Shown one piece after another: positions 7,262 through 15,500 of a DNA stretch of 16,492 bases; the first letter of the stretch is position 1, and each line of letters opens with the position of its first letter. The position numbers and the translations under genes were made by a program. The stretch is from an uncultured Gemmatimonadota bacterium (GTDB lineage: Bacteria > SM23-81), in assembly GCA_964584035.1 (NCBI GenBank), contig CAZOYL010000054.1, positions 1 through 16,492 of the forward strand. Direction: 5' to 3'. Under the pieces are notes generated by a model. It worked only from the letters and a program-made list of their open reading frames with translations, did no database searches and was not told where the DNA came from.

Positions 7262-8068
7262 GTGAAATATCCCATGATGAATGCCAATGCCGATCAGTCA
7301 TCCCCGCGTTCACCGGGCAGCGGACAGGAAGGCCGGCGTCCCCCCTCTGTGGGCGCGCATTTGTACGGCCGCCATAACCTCCCTCTGTCCCTTTCCCGGG
7401 AAGGTCTTGCCATTTCCATCGATCAGGCCGGAGACACATGGTTATATCAAAGAGAATGTGATGGGGATGAGGTCGAGAAAAAACTCCTCACGTCCTCCAA
7501 TACGGTCCTGATCAATCCGGTCGAGCCCCTCAACAGGCCGAAGGAGATCACCTCCTTCCTGATGGTGGAGTTCGAACGGCCACTGATGATCGAGCCTGGA
7601 GTCAAGAAGAGGGTCTTTGTGACATTCCCCATCGAGATCGGCGTTTTCATGCCCAGCAAAAAAGGGCTTGAGATCATCGACGTCCTGACATTGCAGAAAC
7701 AGAAATTCACCCTGTATGGCAATCCCCGGACAGGCGTCATCTGCAAGTACTGGAAGAGCGGCATTCATGCCGCCGAGCCGCAGGTCAATTCCATCCGGCA
7801 GGGCATCATGAGGCTGAACATCGTCAATACCGGCGATCACTGGGTGGAGGCGACCCGTTCGGTCTTCAACGCTTACGGAATGAAGCTGTTCTATAACGAT
7901 GACCTGGTATCCCTGAAGGGAACCATGAGAATACTGGGCAAGCATATGGCGGAGACTGAATTCGCCAACGCACCGCTGAAAAAGAATATGACCAAGTCCA
8001 TCGAGCTGTATACCGCCAGGAAGCTCGTCGTCGCGGCGCCAAAATTCATCATGGAGCAGGGCATATGA
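7262..8068 (+). CDS. DUF432-like protein (start uncertain: GTG 7262, ATG 7274/7277 or TTG 7361)
   Basis: Soluble beta-rich protein with INPVEPLNRP..ITSFLMVEFERP, TFPIEIGVF and KFTLYGNPRTGVICKYWKS, the pattern recalled for archaeal DUF432 proteins. The first ~33 codons are low-complexity, and TTG 7361 would give MYGRHNL. The stop overlaps the mscS start (ATGA). Confidence 0.75.
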   Translation: MKYPMMNANADQSSPRSPGSGQEGRRPPSVGAHLYGRHNLPLSLSREGLAISIDQAGDTWLYQRECDGDEVEKKLLTSSNTVLINPVEPLNRPKEITSFLMVEFERPLMIEPGVKKRVFVTFPIEIGVFMPSKKGLEIIDVLTLQKQKFTLYGNPRTGVICKYWKSGIHAAEPQVNSIRQGIMRLNIVNTGDHWVEATRSVFNAYGMKLFYNDDLVSLKGTMRILGKHMAETEFANAPLKKNMTKSIELYTARKLVVAAPKFIMEQGI

Positions 8069-8892
8069 AGCTCAATAGAGTCATCTACGGAGATGTCACC
8101 GCCCTTGATCTCCTATGGGTCACTCTGATCTTCCTGGCGGCCGTCATTTTAGCCAAGGGCTTGACCATCTATCTGAGAAGGTCGCTGAAAGAGAAGGTCA
8201 GCCAGGATAAACTTCAGATCATCTCCAAAACGATCTCTTACGGAATCATAGCTGTTGCTGTGATCGCCTGTTTTCCGATATTGGGGATCAATCCGTCGGG
8301 ACTGCTGGTCGCCGGCGGCATCGTCGGTATCATCATCGGTTTTGCCAGTCAGAGTATTGTCGGCAATTTAATATCAGGCTTCTTTCTGATGCTGGAACGG
8401 CCGATCAAGATCGGCAACTCTGTCAGGATCGGCGAATATTCCGGTATGGTCGAGGATATCCGCATCATCTCCACCTCGCTGCGCACCTGGGACGGCCTCT
8501 ATGTCAGGATTCCCAATGAAAAAGTTTTTACCACCAGCATTACCAATTACGTTGCTCATGCGGCCAGACGATTTGGTTATTTGGTGGGCATCCGCTACAG
8601 CGATGATGCGGACAAGGCCATCTCGATCATCAAGAATCTCATCGAAGATCACCCCATTGCTTTGAAAAAGCCATCACCCCAGATATTCGTCGACAATTTG
8701 GGAGACAACGCCGTCAACATCGTCGTCAGGATGTGGGCTCCCGTACAGGAGTGGTATGACCTGAAAATGGAAATGCTGTGGAAAATTAAAAAGGCTTTGG
8801 AAAATGAGGGTCTCGAGATCGCTTTCCCGCAGCGGACGGTCTGGTTTGCGAACGAGCTCAGCGAAAGAGAGATTCGTGATACCCAGAACTAA
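8065..8892 (+). CDS. mscS: Small-conductance mechanosensitive channel, MscS family
   Basis: 275 aa, three N-terminal TM helices. Pore motif GLLVAGGIVGIIIGFASQSIVGNLISGFFLMLERPIKIG, G.VEDI.I.ST.LRTWDG..V.IPN, VGIRYSDD and C-terminal GLEIAFPQR. Confidence 0.95.
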   Translation: MKLNRVIYGDVTALDLLWVTLIFLAAVILAKGLTIYLRRSLKEKVSQDKLQIISKTISYGIIAVAVIACFPILGINPSGLLVAGGIVGIIIGFASQSIVGNLISGFFLMLERPIKIGNSVRIGEYSGMVEDIRIISTSLRTWDGLYVRIPNEKVFTTSITNYVAHAARRFGYLVGIRYSDDADKAISIIKNLIEDHPIALKKPSPQIFVDNLGDNAVNIVVRMWAPVQEWYDLKMEMLWKIKKALENEGLEIAFPQRTVWFANELSEREIRDTQN

Positions 8893-8934
8893 TTCGGGAC
8901 GTTTCTTTTAGCAATGCGCGCGAGGTGAGCGGAC

Positions 8935-9891
8935 ATGGTCACCAAATCACAAAAGATCCGTTTGGGAATTTTCATCGCCATCTCCTTTGTGGCTTTGATC
9001 ATCGTCATCATCATCCTGGTGGCGCCGAAGTTCCTTGAGGTGAAAGACATCTATTTCGTCGGCTTCACCGACATCTCGGTCACCGGACTGCAAAAGGGCA
9101 GCTCGGTCAAGTACCATGGTATCACCGTGGGGCATGTCAGCGATGTCTTCATCGACCCGCAGGATCTGACACGGATCATCATCGAATTAAGTCTCGATCA
9201 CGGAACCCCGATCAAGGAGGACACGGAGGCGGAGATCACTTTTCTGGGCATCACCGGTCTGAAGTTCATCGAGCTCAAGGGGGGAAGCGTCGAAGCCGAT
9301 CCCCTGCCGCCGGGCAGCTTCATCCAGCCCGGAAAATCGATGAGCGAGACAGTGACAGACAAAGCCGAGATCCTGGTCGCGAAAACAGAGATCATTCTGA
9401 ACAATCTGGCCGCGCTGACCGCGCCTGAAAACTGGAACAAGATCCTCGCCCTGACGGACAACGTCGCTGTAACGATCGCCGAACTCCACGGCATCCTCAA
9501 GAACAACAAAGAAGCCCTGACCAACACCATCGCGCACGCCGAGCAGATCACATCGGACCTGCACGCCCTGACCAGCTCCGACACACTGGGGCTGATCGTC
9601 GGGAATTTAGCTGAGGTCTCGAATACTCTCAAGGAATCGGATCTGGTCCGTCTGATCATTGAGATGAACACGGCATTGGAGCACACCAACAATATGCTCC
9701 GGGATCTCGAGGTGATCTTCTCGAAGAGTCGTGCCGATCTCTACTTCTCCATCGAGTCGATGCGGGAAAGCGCCGATTATCTGGCTCAGTTCTCCCGCAC
9801 CATCAGTGAGGATCCCTCGGTTCTGATCAGGGGAGCCAGACCGAAAAACGCACCCGATGATCTTCTGGAGAGACGCGATGAAAATCCTTAA
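8935..9891 (+). CDS. MCE/MlaD-family protein: single MCE domain plus long C-terminal helical region
   Basis: 318 aa. RBS GAGGTGA 8922-8928. N-terminal TM anchor (IRLGIFIAISFVALIIVIIILV), MCE motifs SVTGLQKGSSVKYHGITVGHV and TPIKEDTEAEI..LGITGLKFIEL.GG, then ~170 aa amphipathic helical tail ending EDPSVLIRG. Confidence 0.92.
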   Translation: MVTKSQKIRLGIFIAISFVALIIVIIILVAPKFLEVKDIYFVGFTDISVTGLQKGSSVKYHGITVGHVSDVFIDPQDLTRIIIELSLDHGTPIKEDTEAEITFLGITGLKFIELKGGSVEADPLPPGSFIQPGKSMSETVTDKAEILVAKTEIILNNLAALTAPENWNKILALTDNVAVTIAELHGILKNNKEALTNTIAHAEQITSDLHALTSSDTLGLIVGNLAEVSNTLKESDLVRLIIEMNTALEHTNNMLRDLEVIFSKSRADLYFSIESMRESADYLAQFSRTISEDPSVLIRGARPKNAPDDLLERRDENP

Positions 9892-10498
9892 CTGTATCCT
9901 TATTGTAACGGCTGCCTGTGTGGGCATTTCCGGCTGCGGCAAGAGAGCCATTGTCAGAAAATATTACCTTCTGGAAAATCCGCGGCTCCCTGCCTCGACG
10001 AACCTGATTGCTCCGGCGCCCCTGCCGTTCAGCGCCGATGTAAGGGACTTTCAGGTCGGAAAGGCCTTTGATCAGACGCGTATCGCGGCTCGCTCGGGCT
10101 CCAATGAACTCGACTATTACTTCTATCATCACTGGGCTGTGCGGCCGTCCATGGCGCTGGCCGATATGGTCCATGAACGGATCGATCGCGCCGGCCTCTT
10201 TCAGCGATGTGCGCGGGGTTACTCCTACCATCCGGACTTCATCATCACCGGCCAGGTCATGAGACTCGAGAGGCTTCTCGATGGCCGCGGCGACAGCGCC
10301 CATCTGGCGGTCGTGTTCGAGCTCATCGAGGTGGGATCTGAGCAGCCCCTGGTCCGGCACGAATTCGACCGTACGGCCAGGCTCGATCAGGATGGGAGTA
10401 TGAACGGCTTTGCTAACGCCATCAGCCAAATGGTATTCCAAGAAACACAAATATTTATCGAGAACATCGCCGCGCACCTCGAAGGGAAACAAGGATAG
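9878..10498 (+). CDS. PqiC-like ABC-type transport auxiliary lipoprotein (start re-assigned to ATG 9878)
   Basis: GGAG at 9867-9870 precedes ATG 9878, giving MKILNCILIVTAACVGISGC (lipobox). YYLL, then F...RIA.R....LDYY..HHWAVRPS..LAD and DF.I.G...RLE fit the ABC_trans_aux/PqiC family. Overlaps the MCE gene stop by 14 nt. Confidence 0.82.
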   Translation: MKILNCILIVTAACVGISGCGKRAIVRKYYLLENPRLPASTNLIAPAPLPFSADVRDFQVGKAFDQTRIAARSGSNELDYYFYHHWAVRPSMALADMVHERIDRAGLFQRCARGYSYHPDFIITGQVMRLERLLDGRGDSAHLAVVFELIEVGSEQPLVRHEFDRTARLDQDGSMNGFANAISQMVFQETQIFIENIAAHLEGKQG

Positions 10499-10546
10499 TC
10501 CTCCCGCCGACCGCCGAAAAAACTCGACCCTATATCTCAGAGCGCC

Positions 10547-11656
10547 ATGACCAGATTGAGACATTCCGAGAACACTATCTTTCTGGAGGGCGAGATCCTG
10601 ATCGATTCCGTCAGCCCTCTTCTATCCGCCTTCGAAGGTTTCATCGATACATACCGGGGTTCGGAGCTGATCGTAGATCTCTCGGATGTTCCCAGGACTG
10701 ACAGTGCCGGGGTGGCTTTTCTCGATGAGGTGCTGGAGAGCGCGCAGGCAAAGAATATCGCCATCCGGTTTATCAACGCCCGAGAGGCGGTTACCAAAAC
10801 ATTGGTCGCCTTCTCATCAAAAGGACTGGCCGAATCGGCCGGCCCGGCGTCCTATTCATTCTTCGAGAGAATCGGAGGCGCCACCTATCAGGCCGCCCGG
10901 GATCTATTGGATCTTCTCTACCTGGTTGCCGACACCACGTACTTTGCCGCCCTCGGACTCGTTCGGCGAAGCGGTATTCGAAAAGGCGAATTCATCAACC
11001 AGAGCATCCTGATCGGCATGAACGCATTTCCCATCGTGGCCCTGATTGCCTTTCTCATCGGATTCATCCTGGCCCTGCAGTCAGCCGCACAGCTGAGACA
11101 GTTCGGGGCCAGTATCTACGTTGCCAATCTGGTGGCCATCTCCATGACCCGGGAGATGGGTCCCATCATGACAGCCATCGTTTTCGCCGGGCGCAGCGGA
11201 TCATCGATCGCCTCCGAGATCGCCACCATGGTGGTCACAGAGGAAACGGACGCTTTAAAATCGATGGCCCTCAATCCAGTTCGTTATGTCGTCGTTCCCA
11301 AATTCTACGCCATCACGCTGACCATGCCCCTGTTGACCATCCTGTCCATGCTCATCGGCATATTCGGCGCCATGGTCATCGGCTATACCTACCTGAATAT
11401 CGGAATCTTGCCTTTTTACCAGCAGGTCGTCGATGCCCTGGTCTTCAGGGACATCATCACGGGTCTGGCAAAAAGTGTCGTCTTCGCCTGGATCATCGTC
11501 ATCACCGGAGCCTACTACGGTTTTCGCGTCCGTGGCGGGGCCGAGGGCGTCGGCAAAGCCACCACCGCCTCCGTGGTGGCCTCGGTCTTCCTGGTCATCC
11601 TGGCCGACAGCATCCTGGGGCTGTTCTTCTATTTCGGGAGAGGTCTTCAGTTCTAG
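10547..11656 (+). CDS. mlaE: MlaE-family ABC permease with N-terminal STAS (MlaB-like) domain
   Basis: 369 aa. N-terminal STAS (IFLEGEI...VDLSDVPRTDSAGVAFL). MlaE core: IG..AFPIVALIAFLIG.ILALQ...QLRQFGA, REMGPIMTAIVFAGRSGSSIASEIATM.VTEE.DAL..M.LNP, GGAEGVGKATT.SVV. Confidence 0.93.
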   Translation: MTRLRHSENTIFLEGEILIDSVSPLLSAFEGFIDTYRGSELIVDLSDVPRTDSAGVAFLDEVLESAQAKNIAIRFINAREAVTKTLVAFSSKGLAESAGPASYSFFERIGGATYQAARDLLDLLYLVADTTYFAALGLVRRSGIRKGEFINQSILIGMNAFPIVALIAFLIGFILALQSAAQLRQFGASIYVANLVAISMTREMGPIMTAIVFAGRSGSSIASEIATMVVTEETDALKSMALNPVRYVVVPKFYAITLTMPLLTILSMLIGIFGAMVIGYTYLNIGILPFYQQVVDALVFRDIITGLAKSVVFAWIIVITGAYYGFRVRGGAEGVGKATTASVVASVFLVILADSILGLFFYFGRGLQF

Positions 11657-11701
11657 GCCGTCCCTGTCTCGGCGGCACATGCCTGCAGCAGTGCTTTTCA
11701 A

Positions 11702-12517
11702 ATGGCACAGCAGGAGAATCATCCATCTTCCAGCCGTCTCCTACAGAGAATGCCTGTCATGATAAATCCGGAAAAATCATATGGCGCCGCGGTCAATCAC
11801 CTGAACTCAGGATACAATGACCGTCAAATTCTATACGATGTGTCCATGACGGCCAAATATAACGAGATCACCGCCATCCTCGGCGCCAGCGGCTGCGGGA
11901 AGACAACTCTGCTCAAGCATCTCATCCGTCTCTACCGGCCCTGGTCCGGCTCCATCGAGCTGTTCGAACGTGAGATCACCACCATGGATGAGCCCGAGTT
12001 CAACACTCTGCTCCTCAAGATCGGCGTCCTGTTCCAAAATGGAGCTCTGTTGAATTCCATCACCGTGTCGGAGAACGTGGCCATACCCCTTTCGCAGCAC
12101 ACCCGACTGTCGAAGAGAATGATTCATCGTCTGGTGAGAATGAAACTGCGCCTGGTCAGCCTGGAGAATGCTGCTGAAATGTTACCCTCGGAGCTTTCGG
12201 GCGGCATGAGAAAACGAGCCGCCCTGGCCAGAGCCATCGCCCTCGATCCTCCCCTGCTCTTCTGTGATGAGCCGTCGGCGGGGCTGGACCCCGCCACATC
12301 CGACGCTCTCGACAGACTCATCCTCAGTCTGCGTGATGAACTGGGCATGACCGTGGTGGTTGTCTCGCATGCCGCCCCCAGCATTCTGCGCATCGCCGAC
12401 AGCGTAGTCTTCATGGATGGCGGACGGGTCCTGTTCAGCGGACCGCTGCAGGAAGCCCGTACCGCCGGGCTGCAGCAAATCGACGAATTCTTCACAAAAG
12501 GCGCCTGCCAGAAGTGA
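11702..12517 (+). CDS. mlaF: MlaF/Mkl-family ABC ATPase (true start may be ATG 11750 or 11759)
   Basis: Walker A GASGCGKT, Q-loop GVLFQNGALLNS.TV.ENVA.PL, signature PSELSGGMRKRAALARAIALDP, Walker B LFCDEPSAGLDP and H-loop VVSH. Confidence 0.93.
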   Translation: MAQQENHPSSSRLLQRMPVMINPEKSYGAAVNHLNSGYNDRQILYDVSMTAKYNEITAILGASGCGKTTLLKHLIRLYRPWSGSIELFEREITTMDEPEFNTLLLKIGVLFQNGALLNSITVSENVAIPLSQHTRLSKRMIHRLVRMKLRLVSLENAAEMLPSELSGGMRKRAALARAIALDPPLLFCDEPSAGLDPATSDALDRLILSLRDELGMTVVVVSHAAPSILRIADSVVFMDGGRVLFSGPLQEARTAGLQQIDEFFTKGACQK

Positions 12518-12531
12518 GCAGGCATAAAAAT

Positions 12532-15500
12532 ATGCGTTCTCAACCTCAGGCTCGCCATCTTGCCATCCGTCTGCTGGCGGCAGTTTCTCTTTTTCTCCTG
12601 ATCCTGTTGATCGTTCTATTGACTCTTCTAACCCTCAGCCCGGGCGAACGGTTCCTGAAGGGGCTGGCCGAGAAACAGCTGCAGAAAGCGCTTCAGCAGG
12701 AAGTGCGAATCGGGGAGTTAAAAACGAACCTGCTGTCGCGCCTTCAGATCCGAGACGTCAAGGTCTACCAGCCGCTTTCGGCAGGAGAGGAGCGAGTCCT
12801 TCTGAGTCTCGAGTACGCCGGGGCGCAATACCGGCTGACCGGCCTGTTTCACCGTCAGCTCTCCCTTCAATCCCTCGAGCTGGATGGTCTTAATGTCGCC
12901 GTTCACCGGGACAGCTCGGGAATCCTCAATATCCCTCAGTCGAAACCTGACGGTAAATCCGATGCCGATACACAGGGATCTTCATTTGGTGTTCTTCTCG
13001 GCCGGCTGACGATTCAAAACTCTTCCTTCCAATACTACGATGCCCGTGTCCCCATCGAGGGGCGATTTGAGGATCTCTCGGGAGCCATCGAATACGGCGG
13101 TCAGGATACCTACCGATACCATATCGAGATCGACTCCATCTTCACCATCTATAAAGAGGTCTCACTCGCTCTCCACCGGTGGCAAATGAGCGGGTCCTGG
13201 CATCCCCGCCTCTGGACAGTGGATTCGGTGTCCGTGAACCTGCCGGATCTGGCCTTAACTGGCCGGGCGGAGGTCCTCCAGGACGATGGACAGCCCATCA
13301 TCACCGGCAAGGTTCAGGTGCAGGGGAATCCGGGGAGCCTGTGGCGACAGACCTCCCCCCTGTTTGCCGGCCGGATGCCCCTGTTGGACGGTCAGATCAA
13401 TCTTATCGCCACCCTTGAAGGACCGCTTGCGGAACCACGCATCCAGGCCCAGCTCGATGTGACCGATTTCCAGGGGGCTTCCATTCACCTGCCCCGGGGA
13501 TCGCTGACGGCGAAATGGGAGTCGGGCACCGCCACTTTAGAGAAACTCCAGCTGGAAGTACTTGGGGGGCGGCTTTCAGGGAGCGGCCGTTATAGAGCGG
13601 ACAGTCTGAACGCTTTTGATCTTGCCCTCGATGTTCAGGCCGTCGACATCGCTCAAACATGGCAGATGCTATACCAGGAAGCTTCTCCCTATCTGGGTGA
13701 GATCAGCGGAAAGGTCTCTCTCTCCGGAACAGGACACCAGCCGGAAGATTGGACCGCATCGGCGAACATACAGCTTCAGCAGGTCCAATATCGTTCTCAA
13801 CGCATTCCCGATTATATCGCCCGGCTCTCATATGACGGGGGAATGGCACGGCTTTCCCTCGACCATCAGGACTCCAGGATCTCTGCCCGGGCCAGGCTGG
13901 AGGACGACCGTCTCACCGGAAGCTTCTCGGTGGACATCGCCGATCTGGAACCCCTGGCCGCCATGGCCAATGTGCAGGAGCTCACGGGAACCATGGAGAT
14001 CCGGGGAGATCTGTCCGGAACGTTGAGCTCGCCTCAGGCGGCGATGAATCTGACGGGCAGAAATATCTTCTATCAAAACTTTCCGGTCGATACCCTGTCC
14101 GGTTCGATAAACTACCAGAATGGTCAGCTGTCGGTCTCCGACATGTTCTGCCGGGGAGATCTGACGGTTGCCGATACGCTCCGGGCTCCATTTCATCTCC
14201 AGGGCTTTCGGGGAACGATGTCCTATCAGGGAGAAGTTAGCGGCTCGATAGATGAGCCGGTTGCCAGCCTCAATGTCATTCTGCATCAATTCGGTTATGG
14301 GGAGTATCGTATCGACCAGGGCCGCCTGCAGATCGGGCTCAAGCACCGGCTGGCCGAGCTGAAATATCTGGACATGCGACGTGATTCGCTGCTGGTCAGA
14401 GCCGCCGGACAAGCCGACGTCGCTGATAGAAGGGGAACCTGTCAGCTGGATATATTCCAGATCCGCAGCGGTCCGGACAGCCTCGCCCCCGGCCGGCCGA
14501 CCTCTTCCCGGAGATTGGTCGAGGACGGCGAAAACCCTTTCCTCATCGGCGCGACAACGGGAGCTTTTGACTTTTCGAAACCGGACCTTCCCGCCCTGCA
14601 ATTGAATGGAGAACTGCTCGATCTCGGGCCATTGGCCGGGGCGCTCCCTCGTCCGGTGGTCATCACCGGCTCCCTGAAGTTCGATCTGAAGACGCAGGGA
14701 ACGCTGGATAATCCCCGCGCTGAATTGGCCTGCCGGGGCTACGAAATAGGCCGCGGTTCTGCCGAGATCGACTCAATACGGGCGCATCTCGTCTTCGCCG
14801 ATCGACAGGTGCGGCTGACGTCATTGGACGTTTTCGAACAGGACCATCATTCTCTGGCATCGGCACTCGTGGCCTTGACCAAAACAGACTCCGGCCGGTA
14901 TGCTCTTTCAAACCAAAGCGCGTTTCGCGGACGGATCCAGGGGCAGAAGCTCGACCTGGCCATCGCCCGGATCTTCCTTCCCCCGGAGGCGGAGATTGCC
15001 GGCCTGTGCTCCTACGATCTGAGCTGGGAGGGAACCCTGGCCAATCCCCATCCTTTCGGAACGATCCAGATCCAACAGGGCACCTTTCGAGGCAATCCCT
15101 CGGCGCCTCCTATAGAACAGATCGATCTGGCCCTTTCGTTGCAGGATTCGGTCCTGAATGTCGATCGGCTGACTGCTTCCTTTCGCCAGACCCCTCTGTT
15201 TCTTCGAGGACAGATGATCGCTTCTCAATTCCGGAACTTTCATGTGCAGCTTGATCTCTCGGTGGCTGATTTCGGAACCATCGCCAGCCGGGGCACGATC
15301 ACACCGGATGCTCTGCAATTGACGGCGGATATTAAAGAAATGGATCTGTCGCTGGTGCAGCCCTTTTTCACGACCTTGCGAAAACTCTCCGGTACCTTGA
15401 ATACTGAGATGCTCCTGACCGGTTCGCCTCAGGACCCTCGGTTGAATGGGCAATTGTCCATCCGCCAGCTAATTTTTCAGCCTCAAGGATTGGACACACC

